A stretch of 64,000 nucleotides of DNA from Cyanophora paradoxa CCMP329 (GCA_004431415.1 QPMI01000109.1:1-64000); one strand, 5' to 3'; shown: positions 20,501 to 34,984, counted from the stretch's first letter. The notes: a model not told the origin generated them from the letters alone. A program made the numbers and translations.

Positions 20501-21320
20501 GACAAAACATCGACGTCGACTAATTATGAACCGATTTTGACTGAACGAGTCAGACGCACCGCAGTCCGCGGCACACATGGAGAGGCCGGAGGCGGAAGCG
20601 GCCCCAGGTCGGCTCGTTCGCGAGGCCGGCGGCGCCCCAGCCCCGGAGCATCTGAACGCGCGCGTCAGGTGGGGATGCGGGGGAGGGCGGAGGAACTCGC
20701 GGCGGGGATCTTGCAGGCGAGCTTCCGATCCTCCGCCGTTCGAGCGCAGCTGGAATATCGATCGACATCAGTTTTAGTTCTCCGTCGGCAAGATCTCTAT
20801 ATTTAGAGGGTGGCCGCACGACAAGTAGGCGAAAACATGCAGGACCGAGGCGCCCGCCGGGAACTCGGGGAACGACAGAGAGAACCCTGGGGAAATTAAA
20901 TGGAACCCGCGAAGGAGCCCCCGCGAAGCGCATGCCCACCGGTACCGCTGCTGTCCGCCTGCTCTGCTTCGGGAGGAAGGACGTCTCCCGCGGTGGGGTA
21001 GGGCGCCGTCTGCGCCGGCCGCGGGGCGGTTCAGGCTAGGGATGCGGCGGGGGCGGGCGGGGAGTGGGGATTAATATCGCGCGCGCCCAGGGGTCGTCCA
21101 GGGCCCGGAAAAAAGACGGGCGGCAGCGGGCGAGCGGGTCGGCCCTGAACTCCTCCACGAGCCGCTGCGCCGCGACGTAGCGCTGCCGAGCGCCGAGTGA
21201 GATGCGAAGCGGGGGAATGAAATTCGGAGCAGGGGACAGCGCAGGCGGCGTGCCCCGTGGTATATGGCGGCGAGGAAGGTCGAAGCTCCGCTTCGGAGGC
21301 GCGCGTCGACTCCTGCACAC
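17588..21320 (-). CDS. Host multi-exon ankyrin-repeat protein, 3' part cut off by the viral insertion (boundaries approximate)
   Basis: Repeated ankyrin motifs across exons: GQTALHVAA, GFSPLHEAA, GRTPLYVAA, GATPLYGAC, GKSVLHYAA, GLTPLMAAC, GDTVLHL, GSTPLHL, DLRGRTP. Confidence 0.75.
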
Positions 21321-21449
21321 CGCCGGACGATCGGAAGCAGGGCTGAGACCTGGCATTCGGAGGAAATCAAGGAGCGGCCGCGCGCGCCACAAGCGTGAAA
21401 ACTCGAATGCATTCTAGATCTGTTACAAATTAGATCATGCCGAGAGTGA

Positions 21450-23247
21450 GGCGCACCTTTGAGTAGGCCTTCTTGGCGCGCCGCGCGCCCTGGTCGGGCG
21501 AGCACACCGCTCGCTCCAGCTGCGGGGCGCGGCGCCGGCCTTGTTATCAACGCGCGCGGGAACGGAAATTAAAGGGGCGGGCGCGGGGACAGCGCGGACG
21601 AGCTCCAGAAAGCCTTTCCGCACGAAAGAGACGCCTCGGGCCTGCAGCTGGGCCGCGAGGCTCTTCCCGCTCCTTCGAGGCGGCGTCGGCGCGCGAAACG
21701 CGCTCCAATATATTTATGCAGGTTGCGGGGGCCGGGCCGGGCACGCACCAGTGGCCCAGCTCGATCCAGTCCTTCCAGCCGAGCGCCTTGACGTTCGCTG
21801 GCGGCTCCCGCCTCGGCTTCACCTGCGCCGAAGCTCAATACAGTCGATCGGCAAATTAAAGCAATATTAATATCGACTGCAGTGCGAAAACGCTTCGCGG
21901 ACGAGGAAGAGTTCCTTGAGGGAGGGGAGGCGGGCGAGGAGCGCCGCCAGGTCCGCCTCGCCGCAGACCGTGTAGGAGAGGTCCAGCTCCTCCAGCAGCG
22001 GCAGCCTGCTCGCGCCGGCGTTCGAGAGTTCGCATCGAGTTCGAGAGCGTAACGCGATCGGGCACACTCGATGCTCTCGAAGGCGCGCAGGACGCTCGTC
22101 GCGTGCGGGACGGTGGACGAGGGGGATGACGGGGGCTCGAGCTCGGGACTATCCTCGTCGCTGTCGGCTCCCCCCGCGGCCGTCCCCGCTGCAGAAGAAC
22201 GAACAGTGCTTATAACGCCAGTCTGCGCCACTTTCTTCGGCACAATCAGGGTGTTGCTGCGCGTCGCGTGGATTGAGAAATTGAACGGACAGCGCAGCGA
22301 AAAAGGGGCGGCCAGAGGCCGGGGTGAGGCGGGCAGGGGTCTCGCGCGCCTCAGGTACAGCTTCGTGAGCTTTCCGTTGCAAGATTGGTGAACTGACGCG
22401 AGGCATTCCGCCGTGATGGCGACGTCCGACGCATTCAGATGGGCGAGGTTCTGCGAAAGGCGGGCGATCATAAATTGCATTAATTGAAAGCCCTAATTAT
22501 CAGAGGAACAGGGCGCACGGGCATCCGCGGGAACCGCTTCCACACATGCGATCGAGAGCGCAGATAATCATGCATGTCCAGGCCGCTAGCGCTACGCGAC
22601 TCGTATTGTACGCGTTCTTCAAAGTACGAATGGCTCTCCTCCGAACCCTGCGGCCGCGGCAGAAAATTCATGATCAGGGGCGATTATATTTAGTATTTGT
22701 CATTCGCCAGCTGCAGGCCTATAGCTAGGGAAAAGAGTAGACTAGAGGCTGTGGCCGGTAATTCACCAAAAAAAAAATAGGGAAAAGAGAGAAAAGACCG
22801 TCGGGCGCACGCGCAGACCAAAGAAGCCTGAAATGTTGAGGTGCGTCAGGTTCGAGCAGTAGGACAGGCCCTTCGAGGCGTCCGGCCCTGGAAGGAACGC
22901 GAGGCCGGAGACGCAGAGGCGACGGAAGTGCCGCCCGTATCGCTTGCACGCGAAGACGAAGTACGCGGGCGGATCGGAGCGCTGGAAGCACGGATTCTCC
23001 CAGAGGGAGGGCGTATCGCACATCGCGCGAAGACGCTTGGTCGTCGCAGCGACCTGTGCTAAGCACCGCGAAGATTCCCGCGCCAGAATCGCGAGGATCG
23101 CCACCATAATCTCATCTGCGGCGCGCGCGGGGCAACGATGATCATGAGCGCCTCAAGAAAGATGTCGGTTGCATGCATATGAGCGCGCGCGCGCTCACCT
23201 GGGAGCGATTCCAGCGCAACCGCGCGAGGCGTGCGCGTCTTAGCCAT
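21450..23247 (-). CDS. Host F-box/leucine-rich-repeat protein (multi-exon; 3' end approximate)
   Basis: 'LESLP|DEIMVAILAIL...LAQVAATTKRLRAMCDTPSLW' F-box; LRRs 'CSNLTHLNIS', 'LAHLNASDVAIT' and 'LPLLEELDLSYT..LPSLKELFL'. Confidence 0.8.
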
Positions 23248-23973
23248 GCTTCGCAGCGATCGGCAAAATGCTGAAGCTTGCGTGTGCGGTACCCCCCCTA
23301 GGCCTCTCCGCGATGATTTGTTTCGGTCATCGGCGCCCGCGCCGGTATACGTAGGGCGTGCTTCTTCGCGCCGGCTCAGCCATCTCCGACATGTCAGGCC
23401 CGCGACGCCCCGTACGCTCGTACGCTCACGGGCGGATCGATATATATATCCGGATCCGGAGCTCGAGAGCAGCGCGGATGCAGCGCGGCTGCGCATGCAC
23501 ATGCGCATGCATATGCACTAGTACTGGTCGTGCGCGCATGCGCATGCGCAGTGGCCTGCAGCTGGCCGCCTCCACGGTCGAGGAGTTGCCGCAGTGCCTC
23601 CGCGGATTCATTGATCATGATGCTCCCCCCCCTGATGCTGCCCCGAGGCTGCCGCGGGCCGCGCGCGCCCCCGGCCCGCCGCCCCGCTTCCCCGCGCCGG
23701 CGCCGGCGCCGGCCGTCCCTTGTGCATGCGACGCGCGCTCCCTTCGGTACGGTATAGAATCGATTATATTATCATAATTAAAACTCCCTGGGTAAACAAG
23801 TCTACGACACCTACACTCCGGTCCAGGTCAGCGTCACACTGTCACTGTAAGAATGCAAGCAAAGTTAAAGAATTCTGAATCTCGAGCTCCGATTTAGATT
23901 CCTGAATCCCCGATTCGGATGAAAGGCGAAATTAAAAATCGCGCGGTGTGCAGATTGGCTAGGAAGGCTAGTA

Positions 23974-26900
23974 CTAGTCGCCGAGCTCGGACATGTGGCG
24001 ATCGACGTAGGCACGGATGGAGTCGACCTTGTCGAGGATCTCATCGGGAATGAGCTGCAGCATGTGGTGCGTCCGCCGCGTCTCGTCCCGCAGCCGCCGC
24101 ACCATCGGCCGGTACTGTAGGAGCACGATCAGAGCCAGGAAGCCGACCGTAACCTGCGCGGGCAGCAACGCGAGCGGCGCGTCAGAAGGGCGCTGCCGAT
24201 TGCGTGGGGCGCTTCATCCCGAGTCGGCCGACGCCGACGCGTCTGGGGCGCACCGCCATGAGGCTGCCGTGGATGGGGACGAGGCGGCCGACTGCGTCGC
24301 GGCTCTCGCGCATGTACAGCGCCTCCGCCGCCGTCAGCGCGCCCAGCACGTCCGAGAGCCCTTGGGGGGAGACGGGGGCGTCGACGTCGACGTCGGGGGC
24401 GGGGGGCGGGGGGCGAGGGGCGGACCGGAGCGCCAGAGGAAGGTGAAGGGGGCGGAGGTGTAGCTCCGCAGGCGCGCGGGGGCCGAGGCCAGCAGCCGCC
24501 CCTGCTCCGCGAAGAGCGCCACCAGGCCTGCCCGCCCGGCCCCCCGCGATCCAAGGCGCTCCAGGGGGCGCGTGCGCGGGGCCGGGGCGCACCGGAGACG
24601 TCCCCCGTCGCCACGTGGTCCCCCGCCGGCCACGCGCGGGCGCTGCACGAGTCCTCCCCGTACCGGAAGCAGTTCGTCCTGCCCGCACGCCGCGCCCGGC
24701 GAGGTCAGCGCGGGCGCGGCGGGGCCGGGCGCGGGCTCTCAGGTCGGCGGCGGCGGCGCGCCCGAAGTTGATCTCGGCGAGCTCGGGGGTGAGGATCGAG
24801 GCGGGGCGGAGGCGCGCGTCGGCGGCCGCGAGCTCCTCCACGTCGGCCGCCAGCGTCGCCAGCACATCCCGCACCTACCGCCCCGTCGGCGTCGGCCGCG
24901 AGCTCGAGCCCGAGCGCCGGGGGCGGCAGGGGCGGACCTGGAGGGAGAGGGAGCTGGTGGGGCCGGCGGGGGCGGCGGCGGCGGCGGCGAGGGAGGGGAG
25001 GACGGCCTCGCGGGCGAGGAAGGTCGCGCGCGCCGCCGCCACGCGCCGCAGCGTCGCCTCCGTCACCGTCAGCGTGTGGCCCTCCAGCTCCTGCCCGGCC
25101 CCGCGCGCCCCGCCCCCGATCAGCTGCCGGCAGGGCGATCCCGAGCCTCGGACGGTGCTCCAGCGCAGTACCCCCCATCCTCCTCCCCCCGCCCCTCCCC
25201 TCCCTCGCGGGCGAGGCGGACCGAGCTGATCAAGAAGCCGGCGGCGAAGGTGGCCGCGAAGCACGCCGCGATGACCGCCGAGGCCGCCAAGTACTGCACC
25301 GTCAGCTGCGCCCCCGCTCTCAGGCCGGGGAATCGAAAAGGGGCGTGGGAGGGGGTGGGGGGCAAAAGGGAGTGGGCAGGGCCGGGGAACCTTCCGGAAT
25401 AGCTTCTCGGATCCCTGCGCCAACGCCGCCCCGCACCGTCAGGGAAGGCCGCAAGGTATCCCGGGGCGACACCCAGCGGGCCAGCGGCACCTTTCCGTGC
25501 GCCGCGTTGAGGGTCGCCATATGCATCTTGGGGAGCTCTACGGAGGCGCGCCGCCCGCGCCGAAACTGCGGCTGCGGCTCCGGGTCCGCCTGCCCCCGCG
25601 GCGCATCAGGCCTAGGCTCGGGCGCTCGGGCGCTCGAGCGTGGAGGGAGGGAGAGGGGGAGGGCAGAGGGGGTGGGGTGGGGTGGGGTGGGGGCAGGGGG
25701 GAGGGTTTGCTCACGCGGACAGGGGCCCAGACGGAGACGCCGCGGTTGAGGAGGGCCCCGAGGAGGGAGGAGCGGCGAGGGATGCCGCGCGGCTCCTTCG
25801 CGCGCCGCTCCGCGATCGCCTCGCCGTCGCCGTCGCGATCGCCCGCCTCCGGCCGCGCCGCCCCGCCGCCGGCGCCGGCGCTGGCGGGGCCGGTGGCGGG
25901 CGGGCGGGGGCGGGGCGGCGGCCTCGAAGTCGACGGCGCGGACGGCGCGGAGGGCCGCCTCGGCGACGCCCGCGACCTGAAGCCCCGGCGCCTCAGGGGG
26001 GGGGGGGGGGGGGGAGTGGCGCAGCCACGCGCACCGCCCCATCCGAGCTCTTGCGGGCCCCAGCGCGCGCTCCGGCCCCGCGTCGCTGCCGCTGCCGCCG
26101 CCGTCCTCCAGCCGCGCGCCGGCCCTCGCCGCTCCCTCCGCACCGGCCGCGGCGGGCGAGAGGGGGCCAATGGCGCCGGAAAGGGGCGAGGGCGGCGGGC
26201 GGGCGGGCGGGGGCGGGCGGCGGTCGGTGTTGGTGCGGAGGGCGCCGGCGAGGTCCTGCTCGCGCTGCCGGTCGCCGTCCGGGTCCGAGTCCGAGTCGGA
26301 GGAGGAGCTCCCGAGGGCGAGACGGGACTGCTTGCGCGCGAGCACCCGAACGACGCTCTTCGGGATCTCCAGGAAGAGGTCCTGCGCCGCCCCGCCCCAC
26401 GCGCAGCTCAGCGCGCGAGGCCGAGGCCGAGGCGGGGCGGGGGCGGCCCTCCTCGGGGCGCACGAGGACCTGGTCGCGCTCGGCGCGGACGCGGCGGAAG
26501 GCGGGGCGGAAGGCGAGGGCGGCGGCGGCGGCGAGGACGGCGATGCCGACGGCGATGGAGACGGAGTAGACGGTGGCGAGGCTCTCCTGCGCCCCCTGCA
26601 TCGAGCCCCGCCGCAGCTGCTCCGTCCGCTTCGCCGCCTCGCAGACTGCCGCGGCGCCGCCCCGGCGTCAGCGGCGCGCCCCGCTTCGGATTCGAGGCGC
26701 GGGGCCGGCCCCGCGGTCGAGCGCACTCGCGGCCGGCCCGTTGCGGAGCACGAAGAAGAGGCTCGGGCACTCGCCGATGCGCGCCGCGCACGCCGAGCGC
26801 AGGTCCTCCACCCCCTGCCCCGCCCCTCAGCGCCCCCCCGCGCGAGGGGCCGGGCCCCCGAGCGGCCGCCGGCCGACGGAAGAGGGGCCACCTGGGAGGT

Positions 26901-29900
26901 CATGCCGGCGAGCGCGGAGCCTTCGGCGGTGCCGAGGAACGCCTCGTGCTCGGAGGCGCCGGCGAAGAGCCCCGGGGCCGCCTCCTGAGTGCTAGTGCTG
27001 TTCGGCAGCGAGGCCAGGATGAAGGCGTGCTGCGCGTATCTGGGGAAAGGCATGAGCGAGAGGGCCCTCAGCTCGCGATCGCGCGGAGAGAGCGAAGCGA
27101 ATTCGATTCGAAGGAGGTGGAGAGGGGCGGACGCACTCCTGCCCGGCGTACCAGAGGCCGTCCGTGTAGCGCACGACCTCGCCGTTCTTCAGTGCCTCCA
27201 TCTGCATCCGCGTCTTCCCCAAGACGAGCTCCCGGTTCTCGGCGCCCGTCGGCTTGGAGTAGCCGTTCAGCCCGAGCGTCAGCTCCTGCCCCGCGCTTGT
27301 CAGCGCACCGCCAAGCGTTGCGCATTTATGTATACGCATGGAAAAGAATTCGAAGGAGAGAATGCTCGTAAGAACTAGCAGAGAAGCCGTGCTGGACGGG
27401 GGCGCCCGCGGGATACAATGGCAAGGGACGCTGGCGATGGCCGCGTAACGTTATTTGCGACCGGGAAAGCTTAAGAGTGCTCGCCCGCATGATCTTGATG
27501 AACTCGGCGGCGTACGAGCGGAGGCGCCGCCCGGCCCCCGCCGCGTCCCCGAAGACGGGCCTCCCCTCCAGCGCGACCCCCTCCACGCTCCCCGCCAGCG
27601 TCCGCGCCTGCGCAACGCCCGGCCTCGAATTCGCGCTCGACTTCGCCTGGCGGCCGGGCAGGCGAGCGGTCACCTCGAGGGCCATGAGGACGCCGAGGAC
27701 GCTGCGAGCGCTCGCCGCGGAGAGGTGCTTGAGCTGGGCGGCGCGCCTCAGCGCGCGCACGCTCGGGCCGCAGGAAGCTGAAGGGGCGGGCGGGCGGGCA
27801 CCATGTCGGTGTAGTTGGCGACCATCGCCTGCGCCGCCGCGAAGCTCGCCACGGTGATCAGCAGCAGCGCCAGCGCCGAGAGGAGCAGGTTCCGCCACTG
27901 CGAGCGCGCGCGGCGCCGGCGCCGGCTTTGAGTTGCGCGGCGCAGGAGCTCGAGCTCGAGAGGCGCGGCCGGGGCGCGCACGAGCCGCTGGACGGTGACG
28001 TTCGGCCTCGTGCTGAGGGTAACGAGGGCGCGCCGGCGCTTCTTGAGGCGCCGGCTCACGCTGTTGCCCGACGTCACGCTGTGCTGTTCCGACTGCGAGT
28101 GGCGGTGCGCCGGCCCCGGTCGCGAGCCGGCCCGCTGCGACGGCCGCGGCGGGGGACAGCAATCAAGAGCGAGCTTGCAATTGCGGCGTGCACGTGGCAG
28201 CGGCGGGCGGAGGCGGGCGCACCTGCAGGGGAGAGCGGGGCGAGCCCTCGCGATCGTCCGCGCCGTCGGCCGCGCCCTCCCCGCCGCGCGCCCTCCGCGC
28301 CGTCCTCGCGCCCCCGCCAAAGCCCTCCTCTCCCTCCCCCGCCGCGTCCCCCCGAGCGCTGCGCGTCGGGCCCCAGTCTTAGCGCCCGAGTAGATGGGCC
28401 GCGGCGGCGCGCGCGCTGCGCTCCGCGCGCCTGTCGTGCGCCTCCCCGTCTGCTGCCCTCTCGCGGTGCTCGGCGATGGAGTCGAAGTTGCTCAGGCGCA
28501 CGAACGTGTGCGCCTTCTCCGCGGCGGCCTTCGCATTCGAGGAGAGCCGTCAGCGCCTGCGTGCGTGGGGTCGGGCGGCTCGGGGCGGCTCGGGGCACCA
28601 AGCTCTCCGTCTTGCGGGCGACGGCGGCGGCCTGCCGCTCGCGGTCGCGGGCGATGCTCGCGAAGACGGCGGCGGCCGCGCGCAGCGCCTGCTGCCCCGC
28701 CGCCTCGCGGTCGCCGCCCGGGCTGCTGCCCCTCCGCGCCTCGTTCTTGCTCTCGCCGGCGGGCAGCAGGAACGAGATGCGGCCCACGAAGAGCGTGATT
28801 CCGTCCGCTTCGAGGCTCGCGTTGTGCGGGCCGAGTGACAGCGTCAGCAACGCCGGCAAGCTCGATCTGCGCGCACATCAATGCAAATTAGAATTCTCAA
28901 TTACAGACGGTCTCCATCGAAGGCGTCGGTTCTCGCACCCGTCGCGGTGCACGAGGGTGACGTTGCGGGGGCCGGCCCCGACGAGCCGGCTCTTGCCCGG
29001 GTCGGCGAGGTAGCGCGCGAGGTACTCGTCGTGCTGCTCGGCGACCTCGGGCGGCATGAGGACGTTCACCGAGCGGCCGACCAGCTCCCTCGCCAGGTAC
29101 CCGATCTGCTCCTGCACCGGCCCCCGCACGCTCTGCACGACCCCGCGCTGGTCGATCGTCACGAAGACGTTCTTGCCCTCGAAGTCGTTCCTGCATTCGT
29201 TCCGGTCAGGATTCGGCGTCAGGAGGAAAGGCGGGACGCACTCGGCCGTAGTGAAGCGGGCGCAGAACATGATTTCTCCTGAAGGGGCGCGTGAGCAAAT
29301 TGTCACAGTGTGCAAAATGCAGCGGTTCGCCATAAAGTATGTCGAGTACCTCCGACGTCTGCCCGCTCCAACTGAATCTTCACCGCGAAACAGTGCCCTG
29401 CCAAACGGCCTTCAGCGCGAAGGTTCTTCGAATACGTGCACCTCGGGAGGCATAGGCACCGTGCTTGTGCTGCCCCTCCACCACGCGCGTCGAGTCTAGC
29501 GCGCGCGTTTTGCCCCGAGAGGCGATGTATCGCTCCATAAAGCGGTTGTGCATTCGCGAGAACGGCGGCGGCACTGGAAAGGGTCAGCCAGACCATGTGC
29601 ATTGATGGCACGTGCACGCGCGGTTTCAGAGCACGCACTGAGCATATCGATGAGACAGCCGATTATTTCGCTGGGCTCGAAGCTGCATCAAAAACGGTGG
29701 TCAATACTTACCGGAAATGTGCAGTCAAGAGCATGTTTGATCACAGATAACGCACCCCCACTGCTGGACGACTCGACGGTTCACACTTTTTATGATGCCC
29801 TTAGAGTCAGCGATGACGACTCCATGAGTCTCCGCTTGAACCTTGAAGAAGCATTGAGACGCCTGCGTGCGCGCGCGTTCATGTTACATTGAAATAGTAG

Positions 29901-32900
29901 ACGTACGCGACGGCCGGCTATCATGGCATAATCGGCAGCAGGCACCATCACGTCGTTTCCGGAAGAAATCCGTTGGACACGAACGGATGACGAGAACACA
30001 CAGCCGTCACGCAACAGCCCATCAATCTCCCCGCCGCTCTGAGAAGCCGCTCCAAAACGTCCCGGGTTCGAAGCAAAGCGAAGGCAATGAGCATCCAGAC
30101 CTCGTCCTTGTTGACGGAGCCGGCGCGGGCGTGCAGGGCCGCCATTTGCATGCTCCCCACGCGCTCCCCGCGCTCCACGCGCTCCCCGCGCTCCACGCGC
30201 TCCGCCTCGATCTCCCGCGAAGGGCGTCTCGATCGGGCAGTCAGTCCGGGTATCTGAAGAGTCGGGCCGCAGCTGCCTCTCCTCTCGCGCGTCCCGCCTG
30301 GCATTCGCGAAGATGAGGGCGCGTCCAGAAGCTGCGCGGAGAGCGAAATTGCACCTTGTCCGTAATCTCCAGAAACCATATCCATCATCTTCACCGAGTG
30401 CCTCTGCGAAACGAGTTCCTGCACACAAAACCCGCGTGCGAGTGAGATGAAAGTAGCACATTCCATTGGGAAACACGGAGAAAGACATTGATGCTGCATT
30501 GGACGAGATCCTCGGTCGTTCGGTCAAACAGAAGGCGCCCCCGCTCATTGCAGCCAAGAATGCGTCCGTTTGGAGTCGTGAGGAGCATCGGGATCGAGTT
30601 GTCCAGCGGCCGAATGCTTCCGACGAAAGTCGCCTTGCCGACGACCTCGACGCGCGACACGAATCTGCATTCGAGAAGTAAATTTTGAGATGTTTTGGCA
30701 TTTCGTTCTGCTCACATTCGGACAGGAAAGAGAGCTCCGTTTCTGTGAAGAGCTGGAAGCTCCCGAGAGGCATTGATCATCTAAAGCCGAGAAAACAATC
30801 GTTCCCTCGCCTAAACAACCAGGGAGAAGGAAGCCATCCGCACCCGAGCGACGCCCGTTTGCATATAAGACTGCAGATACGAAGCGTGGACCTCTTTGAA
30901 TGGGGACGGGATCAAAATCTCAAGCTGCGAACTGAAGTGTAAAGGAACGAAAACTTGAAAGGCACGAGTGGCGCGAAAATATATTGAAAGAGATCGCACT
31001 CGTTTTCCAATCAGCTCTGCTTTCTTGTACCTAAGCTGGCGCATTAGCAAGATCGCAAGAATTGCAACGGCACGCAAGTCTTCTATTCCGTGGCGAGGTT
31101 ATCATGTTTATTTCATTCGCGATCGCGAACCCGAAGATGCGACATGCGACGGCATTGGCACTGGTTATCACGCCGGCAGTACTGCACGCAGTTCACGATT
31201 AGCTATAGCCGCGACCATCGAAACGTACGAGAAAGTGGAAGTCCGTACCTCGCAACGATGACGGCATCGACCGAGTGGTCGATGGATGCGTCGCCGTTGT
31301 ATTCGTTCCCATCCTCCCCCGAACGCTTGCGGCTCTGCTCCTCCTCCTCGGCGTCGGCGCGGCGGTAGTACGACTCGGCCGCTGCTGGGTCGTTCTTGAC
31401 GCTCTCGACAAACGACCCGTACGCCCGCAGTAGCCGGATGCTCCGCGGGTACCTGCCCCGCCGCCGCCGCGGCCGCCGTCAACATACGCATGCAACCCCG
31501 AGCCCCGCTTGAGCACGCACTTCTCGACCAAGACTTGGTAGTTGCGAGAAGCTGAACGACGTCAGCTTCCTTCAATTCGAAAGAGAAGCGGTAGCCACTA
31601 CGCTGGCTAGGCGCACCCTGCTGCTCGAAGGAGTCGATGGAGCGGCAGACCTCGCTGGCCTTGGAGAGGGCCTCGGCGTCGTCCCGCTCCAGCAGGCTCG
31701 TCCAGAAGATCCGCGTCGCCTTGAGCGCCCGCCGGTGGCCCTCCCGCGCCAGCCGGAACTTCTCCTGGAACTGCGCAGCGGCGATGGCGAGCGCGTCAGG
31801 CGCGCCGGCGCGCAGAGGCGACGCTGGGGCGGAGGTGGACGCGAGCCTCGACGAAGCTGACGATGTCCATTGCAGCTCCGCCCGCGCCGCTCGTCTCGCG
31901 CTCGCGGTCCTTCAGTTTGCTGCGAAAAATTAGAGGTTCCTTTGAAGGGGATAGGGAGCACTCGCACCGGAAGACAAAGAAGCGGCTCTGTAGGTCGAGC
32001 TCGAGCATGCGGGCCCGGTCGACGAACGACGCTTCCTGCACATTGTCCTGCGCACATCATTAGATACAACACGGCAAGCTTGCCAAATACAAATACCTTA
32101 TAGTAGGCTCTTATCAAACCGGCATCTGGTGGGGCGTGTGAATGCAGAATTGGGCGCTCGAACTCAACCACGGTATCATTAGATCTGGAAGCACATGAGT
32201 ACGCACACTGCAGGTGAACCAGAGCGCTCTTCGGAAAGCGCCGCAGCCCCGCCTGCGTTCAGGACATACACGCGTGAGATTTGTTCGCGCGTGAGAACCA
32301 GCTCCGAGGCGCGCACCTTGTAAATCGCGTCTGCCTTCTCCAGTGCTTCTTCCAGCGCGGCGGCCGCCTGTTCGGTGCTCTCTCCCTCCATCTCAGCTTT
32401 CTCAACCGCGGCGGAATACTTCTGAAGGAACCGTGTCGCAATCTCCACTTCTGCGCGACGTCGGACACAGGCGGCACGGTCATCGCTCAAATGCGGGATA
32501 TCGGAGAACGGATACCGTGCTGCCATCTGAAGGTGCCGCGCCAGGCCCATCCCGAGTCGGGGTTGTAGACTACGAGCCGGTCCGGGTTGCAGAGGAGCCT
32601 GTGCCTCGCGTAGACCGCTAGCGCGCTGGCCGCCGCCGAAAGGGGGAACCCAATCTGCGCGCGCGGAGGTCAGAGGCGAGCGCGGGGGAGAAGGCGCGCC
32701 GGCGCGGAGAGGGGCCGAGCTCGAGCACCACGAAGGCCAAAGAGAGGGAGCGCGGGTGCTGGGGCGCCACGGTGAGCCCCAGGGCGACCACAGAGCACCA
32801 GGCGACGGTCCCGTACAGCGCCGAGCGCTGCAGTGCAAGCGCATGAGACGCCCAGCGCGAATGCGAAGCCGCGGGCTTCTAACTACCAGCTGGTTGATCG

Positions 32901-34984
32901 CGTTGTTGTAGTATCTGATGCGATCCGTGCACGTGTGAGGCGGGCGCGAAGACTAGAAGTGATTTTGGGGAGGATTTGCAATTGCCGGCGCACGGGAGGT
33001 AGAAGATGATTGACCCGACGAGGAAGAAGCTGCGAGGGTGCTTTCAGAGGCGGGCTGGGAGCGCCCCTCTTGCTACTGCCTGCTGAACGGAGCTCGCCTG
33101 GAGATGCCGGCGGCGATGGCGAGGAGGCTGGGGTAGGAAGAGGCGGCGACGGAGACGGCGACGAGGAGCGCGCGGGCGACGGTGCCGTACAGGGACTCGT
33201 ACGACGTGGCGGAGGAGGTCGCGTGCGTCGCCGACGGGTCCGTGTCCGCGTCCACCAGCGAGAGCTGCGCGCCGTCGGCGAGGGGCGCGCGCGTGAGCCG
33301 AGGGAATGGAGGGCGGGAGGAGAGAAGCGGAGAAGGCCGCGCTCTGCGCACGGCGAAGGCGAAGATGCAGACGAGGGCGGAGGTGAGGAGTGCAACGACT
33401 GCAACCCCCGCGTTGGGGACGCCTGCGCGCGCGATGCTTCTTCAACTGCAGCAGAGCGTGCCGTTGAGCTTCGGAACGGATTCGCGTGTGCGCACCCCAG
33501 CACGAGGTCTGCAGTTGGAAGTGAGGCGGCGCCGAAAATTCTTCTTAGAAGGCGCTCAGGGAGGGCAGGAGAGGGTGCCAGAACAATCGCACGTCGGGAT
33601 ACGTGGTGAGTTTGAACCGTTGCGCCCCCGAGCTCTCCACATAGAAGCAGTCGAGGGAAATGAAGAGAACCCCGAGGGACGACAAGTAAAGGCTGCGCCA
33701 AGGTTTCTCCAATGCCCCGCTCGAGATCGCAAAAGCCTCGCAGCTCTAGATTACCTGCTAAAAAACAAGGACTGCACAAAAAGAAAAGAGAGCGAGCGAA
33801 ATTAGATATCGATGTTGATGGTGTATTCGTGCAAGCCGCGGCCTGCAGACGCACCACGACGAGCTTCAGCAGCTTAATTGGCCTGCAGCGAGTTTTTGTT
33901 TCAGTCAGAGAAATCAAAAGTGCAGCCGTTTAAGCAGAGGAGCGGAGTGTGCGTGAAAACTCGCCAGAGCTGATTGAACTGTGGGCCAGGCGGGATCACC
34001 CTCACTATCAGAGACGAGAAACGACAGAGGGGATGGGGGAGGCGGGTGAGCGCGTGCGGCAGACCTGGTTGGTGCGGAAGCTGTGGAGGACCCACATGGC
34101 ATCGAAGATGGAGAGGACAGTGAGAGCGACGACGACGCCGAACACGGCGGTGTACGTCGCGTAGCCCGACATCGCGAGGAACTGGCGGGGGACAGCCGCG
34201 AAGACGATCTGTACATTTGGCGAGCGCGATCATGAGGGCAGCCGGTCAAGCGCTGGGGTACATAGAGGCCCTTACATCGAATGTCGAGTTGAGCCACTCG
34301 AACTGGACCTGCGCAGTGCTCAACGGGAACGAAATCCGCACTCTCTTTCGCTTTGGCTCGAGCGCTCGTATACGTACCCAGTTGTAGCGCTTTGTGTCCT
34401 GCGCAGAGCCGCAATTAGCTGTAGATATCGATGACACAAATGGAAGCGCGCCGGCGCCTAGCTAACGAAGCGCCGCGTGGCTCAAAAAATATCAGAACAG
34501 CGGCACGAACGCACAGCGACGAAAGCAATCATTTGAAGATAGTCAAGGCTGTTGGGCCCGGGCCCGGGACCGATCAGCCATTGAAGATCGAAGTACGCTA
34601 CTACGCGTGCACGTGGCGGTCGCAAGGTATGGTCCGTATAGAACCTCGCCCGCAGCCATGAGGCGGGCAGGTACTTACAGAATGGACAATATGTCGAGCC
34701 ACCGGAAACCTTTGCTCTTTTTGTCTCCGCCGCGGCTGTGCATGACGAAGAGAACCCTACGGGCGTGCGCATGCATATGCTCGTGAGCGGCGCGCACGGC
34801 GTGAGAAGAGGGTAGGGCCCAGGACTCGAGCTCACGCGAAGAAGCTCTGCTCAACACTCTGCTGGGAGAGTCCCCCGCTCTTGCCGGCGCCCCCGCGCTT
34901 CTCAGAGCTGACGGCGGAAGCGGCATCGCCGCCGCGCCCAACATCGACATCCACATGCATGTCGGTCGAGTGCGCGACTGACAT
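23974..34984 (-). CDS. Host TmcB/TmcC-like multi-pass membrane protein with several PAS domains, paralog A
   Basis: PAS motifs 'IGYLARELVGRSVNVLMPPEVAEQHDEYLARY', 'MPPPFSRMHNRFMERY' and 'LIPSPFKEVHASYLQSY'; hydrophobic exons; C-terminus 'RRLRDETRRTHHMLQLIPDEIL...MSELGD*'. Start inferred by alignment to paralog B. Confidence 0.8.

Noticed and set aside
24000-29000. Long Arg/Gly/Pro/Ala-rich ORFs on the plus strand (e.g. 25497-27371)
   Set aside because: Shadow ORFs of very GC-rich DNA antisense to the spliced PAS gene.
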